A stretch of DNA of 64,000 nt from Octopus sinensis (GCF_006345805.1 NC_043010.1:44144001-44208000), one strand, 5' to 3'; positions 1-12,614 are shown, counted from the stretch's first letter. Notes: generated from the letters alone by a model not told the origin. Program-made: numbers and translations.

Positions 1-185
1 ACGGCCACGAACGGATGGTGCTTTTTATGTGCCACTGGCACGAGGGCCAGGCGAGGCTGGCAACGGACACAAAACGGGGCGGTGCTGGCAACGGTCGCGA
101 AACGGAAGGATCTCTTACATGCCACCGGCACTGGTAACACATCTGCAATTTCCATTGATCGATTTCGATTCTGATCCTCAATTGC
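1..185 (-). mobile_element. RTE-tail/SINE-like repeat (family B), tandem-repeat portion
   Basis: Repeated GTGCCAC(C/T)GGCAC / TTTTATGTGCCA units, shared with 37557-37890 and with the RTE 3' ends. Confidence 0.75.
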
Positions 186-224
186 TTCAACGTTTATTTC
201 AATAAGGTTTTTCATGTAGGTGCA

Positions 225-760
225 AAGCCAAAGAATTTGAAGTAAAGCATTATCTAGATGTTAACTCCATGATGATGGTTTTTTATCAGACAACTAGGTT
301 GCACTGATGGTAATTATCTCAACCGAGATCAGCAATTAGTGCACGACAACGGTTTGGCATATATTTATGTCATGCACTGTTTATTTATATAAACTGCCAT
401 CACTGTGAGGACTGTAAATTAAACGAAGGACCAGAAGAATTTGCTGAATGTGTATGAATTTGATAGGATGTCATAGTGGAAATGGTGTAACTGCCAAATC
501 TGCTGCTTTTATACTATTATGGTGATGATGTCTCAAACTGAGTTGGAAATATTTAGATGAAGAGTCTAACAAACCTATTAGATTATTTGAAATTTGCATG
601 GTGGCTTCTATTATCGATTCTGTGAGTGATAGCAGATATTTATATCAACTGGTACACAAGCAGGTGCAAAAACCATAGCAGATAGGGTTGCGTATATTTT
701 TGTCATCTCATTCAAAGTGAGAACACAGTGCACGTAAATTTACATCAACTGATGTAATGG
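225..760 (+). mobile_element. Degenerate hAT (Buster/ZBED5-like) transposase remnant
   Basis: Frame-broken fragments GCTDG, VMHCLF, DVIVEMV, LLYT and ADIY occur in the order of the hAT DDE-domain motifs (CTDG, HC--H, LLHTEVRW, LADIF). Confidence 0.45.
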
Positions 761-1284
761 GGTTAAGTAACATATTGAATATTAGCTGGATTGGAAATGT
801 CTTTTTGTATTGCAAATAAACAAGGAAACTGTGATCAAACAAGGCTATAGAAGTTGCTTGTTTCTTTTTTTTCTTTTATAATGCCACTTGAAAGAATTTA
901 ATGATTCAATATGTGCCATGTGTGATATGGCATATACTGAAGAGCTAAAGCATTTCTAGTTAGGCTCAAAGTTCAGAAGGTCAGACCAGAACCGTTTTCA
1001 AATGGCCATAAGATAATATGCAAAATTCCTAATGAAATGATTAAAACTGAAGTTCAGCTGTTTTTCCTCCCACATTTGGTTCTTGTTTATCTTGAGCACA
1101 TTTCATTGACCTTAGAAGACAGGGTTAACCTTTAGACTGTTTTTATGTTCTATGATTTGCCATAGAAATAAATTTCTAAATCTGTATCTGACATCAACCA
1201 ATTTGTGTAAAAATTATTGCTTTAAAAATATTCTGTTTACTTGTTTTATGATTACTTAAAAATTTGTGTTTGTTTCCATTGCAG

Positions 1285-1399
1285 CCTGTCTTAGTTAGAA
1301 ATTGGGAATTACATGTACAATTCAAAGTACACGGAGCCGGTCGAACACTTTATGGAGATGGTTTTAGCATATGGTACACCAGAGATCGCATGGAACTTG
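1285..1399 (+). CDS. LMAN2: VIP36-like lectin coding exon (PVLVRNWELH...RDRMEL-G)
   Basis: ttgcag|CCT acceptor, G|gttagt donor; 115 nt, phase 0 to 1; contains the sugar-binding GDG motif. Confidence 0.95.
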
Positions 1400-2944
1400 G
1401 TTAGTTTATATTTTGGATTATTTGAATTGACTGACGTCTATAGATTTAATGTTTACTTTTGGGGTTTTGATTAGGATCATGATGCTACATCACACATCTA
1501 TTCAACTCAAATCAGCATTGGAAACTATTAAAACGTTGATTACCAATGATGACATGTATTACTCAGCTTCTCTATATTTTTCTATTTGTAAAACAGCCTT
1601 CTCAGAATTACTTTTCACTGTATTCTCTTTTTTCTTTCATTCTGATCTATATCAGAAAATATATCCATCTTTCTACTTTACATTGAGTTTGCTCTCTCAT
1701 ATTTGGAATGGGTAGAATAACAACTGTTTTCTTCCAAGCTTTATAATATTCTTGTTTCTGAACTCTCATCATTTGATGGGCCTACTATCACTTTTGCTTT
1801 CGTTTTTTTTTTTTTTTTAATCTCTCAACTATCATGTACTTGCAGATATTTTTAAACTGAATACTTTGTCTATTTTCATTACATACCCAAAGTTAATTTG
1901 GTCAGCTGTAGCTCTACTTGTGAAATACATCTAAAAGTCATTTTTATGTATTAAATATAATTATTGATTTTACTGGTTTCATTCATTGGGCTATATTCAT
2001 GTTTGAGTACCACTTTCAGAAGTATTGCTTATATTGACTGTGTTGTTTATTTTACTGGTCAATATTTTATTTGATGCAACACCTGTAGCCATACCTGTTA
2101 ATATAAACACGAGCATGGATGCACACATTCACACACATTATCTTTCTTTTTTGTCTGTATGTTCATCTTGTATTCAGAAACTTCAAAAGGAACACAAAAC
2201 CACATCTATTTTACCATTTTTAACTCGACAAGTTAGAAATAGTTGCCAAATCTCCCTCAAAACACACCCTGTTGTTTCTCAAGAAAGGAAATGTAGACAG
2301 ACAGTTAAAATTGAGCAGTTACGTCAATCTTTCTTACTCCAGAATAATGGAATATAAAGAGATATAGAAACTAAGATACCCATGCAGATTGGGATATAGG
2401 AGAAGAGCAATCACAATGATGGTAGTTGTAAATTTGTGTAACATCAGCTCTGGTTTTGTCTCTCTTTAATCTTTATATCTTTCCTTTCCTGTCTCTCTTT
2501 GATATAGTGGCGTAAAGAATGGGACATATATCAAAATATGTATATCCATATATATATATAAGAGAGGGGGAAGTAGAGAATATTGTTGATAGTGGTGGTG
2601 TGTTCATGTGAAGTGATATTCTGTTCTTTTTTCTTCACTCTCCTTAATATTTCTCTCTTTCTTCCTTTCCCTTTCTCTCCTTATCTCTGTATACTAGAAT
2701 ATAGAGATTGAGACATATCAAGAGGAAGAAGTAATGGTGATAATGGAGGTAGTTTGAAGATTGTTTTTTTTTTTTCTTAAGTGAATGCAGATTTTTTTAT
2801 CCCATTACATAAATTGTAAGCATTGGGAAATCTTACAGATTTACATTCATAGCAACATTAAATAAAACACCATACATTATGTAATATTGCTTTGTAAATT
2901 CCTGACAGTCAGTATTTAGAGTTATCCATCCGTCTATTGACATA

Positions 2945-4122
2945 CGAGGTGGTATCAAAAGGTTCCCCGACTACTTATCTCTATATATATAAACGGCAAA
3001 ATGTCTGTGTGTGTGTGTGTCCTTTATACAAATCCACAATTTTTCAGTTAGAGGGCTCGCACTTTCTATGGTCATTCAAAACCATCCAAGGGTGGTTGTG
3101 CACATCTTTACATTTCCCCAGTCACCATTAAAAAATCAATAGAAGTGACTTTTTGTGAATTTTATATCCAAAACCCAATCAAAATGCCCAAAACTTGATA
3201 CGCCAATTGAATACCAGTTAGCTGTATGTGATTGGTTGGAGATTTGGATAGTACTCGCATGTATGTGCACACGCACGCAGCTGTATATGCATGCACTAGC
3301 ACTAGTGCTAGTTTTTAATAAAAAATAACTTAAGTTTTAACATCATCTCCTTCAAAATAATCACCTTGTGCAGGAATACACCTGTCCCAGCATTCCACTT
3401 TTGGAATCCACCCCAGAACTTATTTTCTGTAAGCGAGTTGAGAACTTTCTGCAATTCGCTCTTGAACTTTAAATTGGTGTTAAAACGATGACCTTTGAGC
3501 TGCATTTTCATCTTGGGGAAGAGATGAAAGTCTGTAGGTTCTAAATCTGGTGAATAGGGCAGGTGTGGAAGCAATATTTTGTTGTTTTTGGCAAGAATCT
3601 CACTTCTCCATGTTCCACAGAACTGGTCTCTTTCACTGAATGTCCTCCCACAAACACTTCAGAATGTTGCAGTAGAACTCTCGATTGAAGGTCTGACCCT
3701 GGGGGATGAATTCTCAACGCACAATACCACATTTCCATGGATGACACTCAAGGCAGGTCTTCTGGATCGTTCATCTTCTTCCAGGGATGTTGTACTGCTT
3801 TTGAAGTGTCTGTGCTTTTTAAAACGTTGCATATGACCCATTGCCTCATTGCAATAAGCTTGTTGAAGCATGCTCAATGTCTCTGTAGCAGACCTCTCAA
3901 GTTTAACGCAAAATTTCACATTGGCTCTTTGTCAACAAAATCACAAACTACAGCATACACATGATCACAAAAACACAAATTTCATTACTCGTGAAGCAAA
4001 CACTGCGTGCGATGTTACTCAGCACACTGTGTCATGAAGGTCATTGGCTGCTCTTGTAACTGTATGCTGCCATTTGTTGGCACACTACAGAACTAGTCTG
4101 GGAACTTTTTGATACCACCTCG
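2945..4122 (-). mobile_element. Mariner DNA transposon with internally deleted transposase pseudogene, TIRs and TA TSD
   Basis: TIRs of ~32 bp (cgaggtggtatcaaaaggttccccgactactt / aactagtctgggaactttttgataccacctcg) flanked by TA at 2943-44 and 4123-24. N-terminal HTH IKFCVKL..ATET..MLQQAY and C-terminal PYSPDL motif in ORFs 3659-3919 and 3308-3574. Confidence 0.92.
2978..3311 (+). mobile_element. Non-autonomous Helitron nested in the mariner element
   Basis: Inserted between A and T; 5' TC-TCTATATATATAAA followed by (GT)n; 3' palindrome CTAGCACTAGTGCTAG ending in CTAG. Confidence 0.7.
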
Positions 4123-4520
4123 TATGTTTCAATAAGTTTTGCTGAAACAACAAACACACACAGAGGCACACATTATTGCAAACAACTTTTTGAATGATGG
4201 TCTAAGAAACTTCAAAGTAGATTTACTAATTTAGTACTAGTTGGAATGTTTATGGATATCAGCTCCAGAAGCTCATTCTGTAATTGATTTTTGTAACTAT
4301 AAAAAAAAAAAATTTTTTAAACCAAAAAAAAAAAAACCCATACAATATACATAATACATACAGTTTGTAAAACAGTATTTTCTCATTTGATTATTGGACT
4401 GTTAAAAATGTTACATAGATTTTTGTTTAGGGTTATTGACAGTCATATACTGAGAGGTGGTTTAATATAGTGATTTCCACTTAGCAATGTGTATGTGTAT
4501 GTATATTCACAGCATATATA

Positions 4521-4885
4521 AGCATAGGCTTGGTTGTGTAGGTAAGAAGTTAACTTTGAAGCCACATGGTTTCAAGTTCAGTCCCACTGCATGACCCTGG
4601 GCCAGTCAAACCCTTGTTAGTGGATCTGGTTGTCAGAAACTGAAAGAAGACCATCATAATGTGTTTGTTTACTCCTGCACTTACTTGTATGAAAGTGCTA
4701 TGTTGTCAGTTTATTCTGTAGATAGATCATCCAAATGCTTTTGAAGCTGTGTGGAATAAGTTATTGCTTACCTGAAAAATAGACAAGCGTTGCTGTCAGG
4801 AAGGGTGTTGGCTGTAAAACAAATAGCAACATTTGTTGTCTAACCCATGTAAAGATGGAAAAATGAATGTAAAACGAATGAAGAA
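4521..4885 (+). mobile_element. tRNA-head SINE with family-B (RTE-type) tail
   Basis: Head tggttgtgtaggtaagaag...ggtttcaagttcagtcccactgc as at 39128; 3' part gtcaggaagggtgttggctgtaaaac...ctaacccatg..atggaaaa. Confidence 0.6.
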
Positions 4886-5074
4886 TAAATATGCATGTGT
4901 GTGCTCATATGCATTCATTCATTCATACATACATACACATATATATAATGTATGTCTAATCCAAGCTAGCATGGAAAAACTGACATAAAGTCTCCACATT
5001 AGTGAGTAGTGTTACTTTGATGCAAAGCCTTGTATATGTATCTATGTTCTGTCCTAAGGTCTAAGCATTTCCAG

Positions 5075-5200
5075 ATATTTCTATACACCTGCACACTGGG
5101 CTTCTGCACACTTTCTATCTGGGAGAAGACACTTGACCAAGGTGTTGTGCAGTGGGATTAGACCTGAAAATACATAGTAGTGAGGTGGATTTTACTCTAA
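5075..5200 (-). mobile_element. Degenerate tRNA-head SINE fragment (family A)
   Basis: gaagacacttgaccaaggtgttgtgcagtgggattagacc is the reverse complement of the family A head. Confidence 0.55.
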
Positions 5201-5449
5201 CCCTTTGAAATGAAACTGAAATAGTATTTTGCTAAATGTTTATCAATAGTTGACATAAATGTTTGACAGGTTTGTCAAATAACACACTTGAACCATAGAT
5301 AAGGTGACATAGTTGACCTTGACTGGGCTGCAGTTAATTGCTACGTTAAATATTTCAACTTTCCAAATAATAGCTTAAAATATGTATTTCATTGAAATTA
5401 GTATTTTATTTCTGTTACTATTTAGGTTGGCAATATTTATTGTTTTGTT

Positions 5450-5637
5450 AAGGCAGTGAGCTGGCAGGATTGTAAGCACAATGGGCAAAATGCTTAGCGG
5501 CATTTCATGTCTTTACATTCTGAGTTCAAATTCTGCCCAAGTCAATAAAAGAAGTATCAATTGCGTACTGGGTTCAATGTAATCGACTTACCCCTTTCCC
5601 TGAAGTTGCTGGTCTTGTGCCAAAATTTGAAATCAAT
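5450..5637 (+). mobile_element. SINE family C (Nin/Deu-core-like)
   Basis: aaggcagtgagctggcagg...aaatgcttagcggcatt...ctgagttcaaattc...gtgccaaaatttgaaa; many copies in the window. Confidence 0.8.
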
Positions 5638-6974
5638 CTTCATAATTTTGCTTTATATGAAAGAAGATTTTATGGGAAATATTAACATTCATTCCTTTAC
5701 CTTTATATTAAACCTTTTACAAGGCATAATTGTTGATAGGTTTCTGAAATACTAAGCAAAGATTTGTCATGAGAGAAATGCTAGTCTATTATTGGGTAAT
5801 TTTCATAAATCTATCTGTTCCTCATCTAAATAAACTGGGGTGATATAGAATTGTTCACATAGAGACCATGAAATATGTGAACTAAGTTGGTAGTCTGAAA
5901 CTTATTCACTCAGCTGTGTCACTTCTTTTTCATCTTCCTGCATTTCCCATCTTTTTCTGTACTGGAAACTACATTTGCCACTATGTTCTTCCTTTAAGAT
6001 GGTAATAGATGATTCGAGTGAAAATTAGCTGTTATTTCTAGTAGGTTGCTCCCTAAAGGCTTGTCCATGAAGTGTTACCAGCTTAAATAGTTTGCACTAA
6101 ATTGCTGGCCTGAATGATAGATAACTTAGACACTTGTGTGTATGCGTATGTGAACTCTCACATATCACCTTTTGGCAGCAGCTGTATTAGCACCTACATG
6201 TTAATAGAAAGCTGGGATCAGGTGGTTTGTTATTAATAATGAAATGAATAAACTGAAAAGAAGTTACTTTCTATTTTATTTGTTTACTACATTTCATGAA
6301 CAGCTGCAGCTGTTAAGGAAATAACATTTTATTATTGATTTTGCCCTACTCCCCTTCTCAAACTCAGTTTTAGCTGTTATAAAACTTTTAATATTTATCA
6401 TATTGAAACTAATTCAATGTCTGCTGCTGTTGTAAATATTTTTATAGTTGAATGGGAGAGAGATTACATACTAAACTGTAATGCTTTTTTAAAATTTGAT
6501 CCTTGCACAAACCTATTTTTAATGGAACTTGCTGTTTTCTGATTGATTTTGAAAATATTCGGGAATTTAGAGAGATTTTGTAAAAATAAAAAAATTTTTA
6601 AACCAGTGTTTGGAACCATAGCTAAACATTCTTGATTCAAAGTTATGATGAAAGTTCAAATTTAAACATGAATTCTTTGAAACAGGAAGTTTTTGCATCA
6701 TTGTATTAGGGGTGGTTCCAAGTGTATGGGTATTGGAGTTAAATACAATACAGTGTAATATAGTGGTTTGAGACAGTTTTATGTTTACATTTCTCAAGTG
6801 GGTGCCTCAAGGCTACAGCTTATTCTAACATTTCAGTTTTCACATTCATTGCTTGAGTTATTCCTTTTTTAAGAAGTTTGTATCATGAGTTGAGTACATT
6901 GTAATAGGAAGAGATGACCCTATCTAGAAAGGCAGCATCTGTTCTAAAAACCTATATAAACAAAATATTGTGTT

Positions 6975-7098
6975 ACACTTGTGTTACACCCACGGAGTGG
7001 TTGGCGTTAGGAAGGGCATCCAGCCGTAGAAACACTGCCAAATCTGACTGGGCCTGATGAAGCCTTCCGGCTTCACAGACCCCAGTTAAGCCAACCAT
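6975..7098 (+). mobile_element. Family B RTE-tail fragment fused to a TTAA MITE
   Basis: ggagtggttggcgttaggaagggcatccagccgtagaaac motif. Confidence 0.75.
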
Positions 7099-7295
7099 AT
7101 CCAGCTGAAAAATTTCTCCCTGTTTTATGTTCAAAGTGGCCAGATCAGGCCTTTCATACCTACCCAAGAATGTCATTGTAAAAATATACAATCACATCAT
7201 TGAAATCTCAAAGCCACAAGATAATGCATGATTAATTGAAATCAATGTGAATAAATAAACATTACATTTGAGAGAATAATGTGAATGCTAAAGGG
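7095..7295 (+). mobile_element. piggyBac-like (TTAA) MITE, 5'-truncated; same family as 63184-63401
   Basis: Shared body ...gaaatctcaaagc(c/t)acaagataatgcatgattaatt... and 3' end aatgctaaaggg|ttaa. Confidence 0.75.
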
Positions 7296-7845
7296 TTAAG
7301 CTTGAGCTTCAATATTTACAGCTGCTAGCTACTCTTATGTGATTATGAAAAAGCTGTAGCTGTCAAGACCCATATAAGATGCTATATTTATGGAGACAAT
7401 TCTGAAAAAAAAAAGCCACCATCATTGTATGCACTGAAAACACTAGAAAACTGTTAACTTTTGTTTTAAATTTTATATCCTCTTGATACAAGATAAATTT
7501 ATATATACATAGGTTTCAGTAGACTTACTGTATTTCGTCTTACTAATTATTTAATTATACCTCTAATTATTAGCTGTAGTACAAAATTATATTTCTAATA
7601 AGTAATAGAGTTGCTTTAGTGTTATAAGTTGGCCATTAACATTAACCAATTTTAATTGTTTTAACCAATAAAAATTCATTTTGTTTTATATCATTTTCTT
7701 TATTTAAAAAATCTTTTTTTTCTATCATCAATATCATTTATCAAATTATCATAATTTACAACTGTTACTGAATAAAACAAGATCCCACTTGCATATATCA
7801 GTATCTTAAATTGCAAAGTCATTTAGCTCGTTATACTATTTTTAA

Positions 7846-8300
7846 CCCTTTGTGGGCCGGTGGGGTCCCTTGGGACCTCAGCTAATCTTAAAAGTTACAC
7901 AACTTTTACCTTTTTTATTTAAATGATTTTATATCTCATGATTTTTGTCAATGGTTTATGTATGCACATACAAATTTTGAGTTTAAAATTTCCAATCATG
8001 GATGTTATAACACAAAATATGGTCGTTGGGGGTCCATCTGGACCCCATTGGCCTTCTGTGAAATTATTTTTTCTGTTCTTTTTTCAGATATTCTGATGAA
8101 CTATAGGTCAAAACTATAAAAAACGATTTCTTTCAATAAAGGTTTTTTCAATCAATAAATTATATTTTAATTCCCCTCCATTAAATGCTAATGATTTATG
8201 AATAATGCTGAAATGCAGAAAAATAAAAGAGGGTCAATCAGGATCCCAATGGCCTTTTGTGTAATTTCAATATAGTAAAAATAGCATAAAAAAAGAGGGT
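7846..8300. mobile_element. piggyBac-like MITE fragment with repeated GGGGTCC...GGACCCC palindromes
   Basis: Starts ttaa|ccctt; three internal palindromic motifs (~7861, ~8028, ~8229); no matching right TIR. Confidence 0.45.
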
Positions 8301-8968
8301 AAAATAACTGGTAATGTTCTTGCTGACTCTATTTGGCCTATAGTTTTTAGCAGATGAGGCATTAAATTTTTAGTTTTAGATTAGATGCTCATCTATTACA
8401 GAAACATCTCTTGATAGCCTGCCATTTATATCTCTGATGTATTTCTGATTTGTGTCCACTATAATTTGGCTTTGTCTGTGAATAGTACTGTCCCAATATA
8501 ATTATGTGTGTGTGTATACGGGACATTTTGTGTAAAGAGAACAGTTTCAATCATTTGAGAGCTTGTTTACAGCAAGTTTAGGACCAATCAGCTGACTGGG
8601 TAGAGTTTGAGTGATTGCCTGACCAGAGGTGTTTAACAGATACCTTGAGCCATTCTAGGAGGAAGTAAAAAAAGGCTGGGTTGAAGAGAAGTTGGAATTT
8701 AAGTGTATATGGAAATGTAGAAGATTTGATTGAAGTATTATATGAGCTTAATTAAAATACATTGGTGTTGAATATGAGATATCTCCTAATTTGATGGAAT
8801 GGCATCATTTATGCTACTGCTTCTTAGAAAAAAATCTTGTATTTCCTTGATAATATTTTTAGGAATATTGGGAAGAAAAAATATTGAAGTAGAGGTTTTA
8901 AAGGGCTTAAAATTGTAACTAGATATTAATGTTTTTCTGGATTTTTGTTTCTTTTCTCTTTCATTTAG

Positions 8969-9051
8969 GTCCTGTATTTGGAAACCGTGATTATTTCTCT
9001 GGGCTAGCAATTTTTCTTGATACGTATAGCAACCATAATGGACCACATAAT
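8969..9051 (+). CDS. LMAN2: VIP36-like lectin coding exon (GPVFGNRDYFSGLAIFLDTYSNHNGPHN)
   Basis: catttag|GT acceptor, AAT|gtaaga donor; 83 nt, phase 1 to 0; Ca-binding DTY-N motif. Confidence 0.96.
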
Positions 9052-9204
9052 GTAAGAATTAAGATTTTTCTATATTCCAAAACACTTGACTTAAGCTTAT
9101 TTTTACTTATCTCCCCAGCTTAGTACTAGAATTTAGAGAAGCATATTCATTGCCATTGATTACTGTAATATACCTATAGAATGGTGAAAATGACTGAGAC
9201 TATT

Positions 9205-9290
9205 ATAAGACCTGGGGTCGATTTGCTCGACTAAAGGCAGTGCTCTAGCAAGGCCACAGTCAAATGACTGAAACACATGAAAAATATAAA
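9205..9290 (+). mobile_element. SINE family A 3' tail
   Basis: ctggggtcgatttgctcgactaaaggcagtgctctagcaaggccacagtcaaatgactgaaac. Confidence 0.7.
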
Positions 9291-9405
9291 TATGTTCATA
9301 TTCACTGCAGGTGTTTTGAATAGGTCACTTATTCCATATGTGTAATTCAACTGCAGTGTCTTACCTAAGATTTATTTTCTAATTTTAATGTAAAATTGGT
9401 GTTAG

Positions 9406-9625
9406 CCCTTTTGATACCAATCTGCTTGAGACTGCCTCTGGTTCCATGGCACAAACTTACTGTTTTAAAGTGATCTAAATTATAATCTTCCATCAAAATT
9501 TTATGTTAATTTGTTCCAGACAGCCGCTTAATAACAAAAGAGATATTTTACTAAATACTTCATTATTCTAAAAAGTAATTGAAACAAAGACACTATATTT
9601 CTGTTGAAATATATAATCAAAAAGG
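9406..9625 (+). mobile_element. piggyBac-like (TTAA) MITE, second family; also at 56790-57032
   Basis: cccttttgatacca start, shared gttttaaagtgatctaaatt body, aaaaagg|ttaa end. Confidence 0.75.
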
Positions 9626-9807
9626 TTAAGCCTTGCCTTTATAGACTTTTGAATAATTATTAATAAAATAACTGTTTGTGTGAAGCTAAAATTTGTTCGG
9701 ATTTTTTTTTTATTATTTATCTTTTATGCTCAAATTATTATTATGCAAAGAACAATTTAAAAGAAAAAAATCTACAAATGAATTTATTCTGCATATTTTA
9801 TTAACAG

Positions 9808-9969
9808 CATGCCCATCCCTATATATCAGCCATGGTAAATAATGGCTCACTTTCATATGACCACGATGCTGATGGCACCCATACAGAACTTTCTGGTTGT
9901 GAAGCTCAGTTTAGAAATAAAGATCATGACACCCATATTTCTATACGATATATTGACGGCATATTATTT
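9808..9969 (+). CDS. LMAN2: VIP36-like lectin coding exon (HAHPYISAMVNNGSLSYDH...YIDGILF)
   Basis: ttaacag|CAT acceptor, TTT|gtaagt donor; 162 nt, phase 0 to 0. Confidence 0.96.
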
Positions 9970-12499
9970 GTAAGTAACTTAAAATTTTATTTTTAGGTTT
10001 CCTAAAATATTCTGTAGGTATTGTTTTGTTGTTAATTCCACTTTGCTTCAGCTTAGAAAAGATCTATGGTAGACAGATATAATCAGGTATAACCAGTTTG
10101 TTTTATATTCTAGATGATGTCCTTTTTCATTCAGTTTTGGGACTGTAATACTTTCAGTGGTTGGATGTGTGAAAAGTAGTGTGCACTTAGGATATTTTAT
10201 GAGAGTTTCACTGCCCACTCTCTATATTGAGGGCAGACTAGTAGTGTCTGAAGCCAGCACACTTGCTCAATATTGCAATTAAATCTACAACAAATTTTCT
10301 ATTTTTTATAAAACAAGAACTATACAATTTTGGAGTTAGATTTTGGGGCAACATGTCAATGGTAAAGGTAAGAGTATCAAGCCAAATGCTATGCTGAGTA
10401 AATGAAGTTTGCCGTGCCAAACAGGCTGGTTGTTATTGCAATTGTTAAATTGCAACCACTCAAGATCAGTTTCTTAGTTCAATTTCTGTATTATTACAGA
10501 TACTGATTCCAGACAATTTAGTAAAACATCCCATTTATTTTGGGATCAAATTCTAGTTTGGATTACAGTATCATTACTAAGCTCACAAATTTACATCTAT
10601 GATAATTTCTGTTATAATAATTCTTTGAGATATGCTCTTGATTTCAGATGAGCTCTTTCATTTGAGAACATTCTGAAATTATCTCATTATTGAAAATTAG
10701 GAAGAAAGAATTTCTAAATGAAAGCTTTTGAATGGAGATCATCTCAGAAGAGTTGTTTCTTTCATCTGATACCCAGTTGGATCAATTGCTGTTATGTTAT
10801 TATTACTGTTAGAAGAGTTATCAGTGTGTAATTTCTCATTTTTGTTTCCTTAATCTCTTTTATAGTTATAAATTTAGCTTGTATAGTTTTGGGCAGACGG
10901 CACAAAAGCACTCTTTCAAAGATACTCTAGCAACTTAAATTTCATGTCTTGTAAAAATAATAATAAATCAAGCTCCACTAGGTAGAAGTGTCTTTGCCTT
11001 TGAAGCAAAGTGTAGCACTCAGGTGGTATATAAATTGTTGATAGGTTTCACTGAACCTTATGACTTTCAAATATATCTGTACATTCACCAATTCAGTTAT
11101 TTCAACATTTAACCAATTATTATTTAGAGCTAGATTTACTGCCAATTGTTCAACTCTGATGTAGAATTCTTTGACTCTGAGGTACTAGCCATGCAATGTA
11201 AAGCAAAACTATAGTATGTCTTTCTACTCAAAGTGGATTAAACAGAAATGTCTCTATCTTAATGTCAATAAACTACTTGAAATAGTTCGTGTGTGGAGAG
11301 AAGGAGAATTCTGAAGCAAATGCATGATCTCAGTGAAACAACATTAGTATTTACTGTGTTTTACATTACTAGAGAATGTTAATACTTGAAGTGACTTAAT
11401 TAGCTGACAGACTAGAAAAAAAATCATCTGTCTCTGACCACAATCTAGAATATCTAAGAAAAATACTTAAAGAACAGCCTAGAGAGAATTAAGACAGTTG
11501 CTAGGAATGTCACACAAACACATTGGATTTGCCTATGCAACTGTGCTAGTAATAACTACAGTAATGATGGTTTCTGATTTAGGTACAAGGCTAGCTCCAT
11601 GTTAAACTGTTCAACCCGTGCCAGCATGGAAAACAAACATTAAATGAATAATAATGATTTTTTTGTAGTTCTATCTTTGCAGTCATTCCAATCTCTCTGA
11701 GCCATGTTGGTAGCCAGTACCCAACTACCAACATGGCTCAAAAAGATTGGAACAAATGTAAAGCTAGAACATCTATAAAGATCACAATTGCTTGGAACTT
11801 CAGGAGTTCTCTTCAGGGTTCTTAAAGCATGATTAGTAAACAAGTGTCACCTTAGTCTGCTGGCTGTAAGCAACTGACACTTTTTCATGGTATGATATTT
11901 TTGACTAGGAATAGTGCCAATTTTTTTAATTCTTGGCAAAATTACTTCTATTGAATTTCAGGGTATTACAGGTATTTAATATATCAATGCCTGAAAGACC
12001 AAGTTTATTCCAATGGGGTTTAAAATAGTGAATATTGGAAACTAAAATACTGTAAACGTATTTAAATCTGTATTCTATAATTTCTGTCAACTTTTTCATT
12101 TTAGTTTTAGTAATAGATGTCTTTGACAAGGCTTGAAGATAATTTTTGTAAGTAAGCAGGTATAGTTAGTCATGTTACTATTATTGGATTTATTGATCTC
12201 AGAAAGATGAAATTTCAGGTTAATCCCTATTGTATTCGAACTCAAAGGAATGTAACTAAATTTTGTATACTGTAAATCATTCTTTTGTTTCTTCAAACTT
12301 GTTGCTTTGCTAATTAGTTATAGTAATTGAAATAATGAATTTAGGAGATACAATGTTGGTGAAAATAATCTCTTTCATACCTTGTTAGGTGTTTCTCTTT
12401 CAATGTTTATAAAAATACATTTGATATTCATTATTCAGTTTTACTTGAAAGTAAAACTTTGAGTTGATCATCATTAAATCAAACACCTCTTCATTGCAG

Positions 12500-12614
12500 G
12501 TATATATAGATATTGATAACAAAAATGTTTGGAAAGAATGCTTTACAGTAAAAGGGGTACATTTACCAACAGGTTATTATGTTGGAGTATCAGCTGCCAC
12601 TGGGGAATTGGCAG
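12500..12614 (+). CDS. LMAN2: VIP36-like lectin coding exon (VYIDIDNKNVWKEC...SAATGELA-D)
   Basis: ttgcag|GTA acceptor, G|gtaagt donor; 115 nt, phase 0 to 1. Confidence 0.96.
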
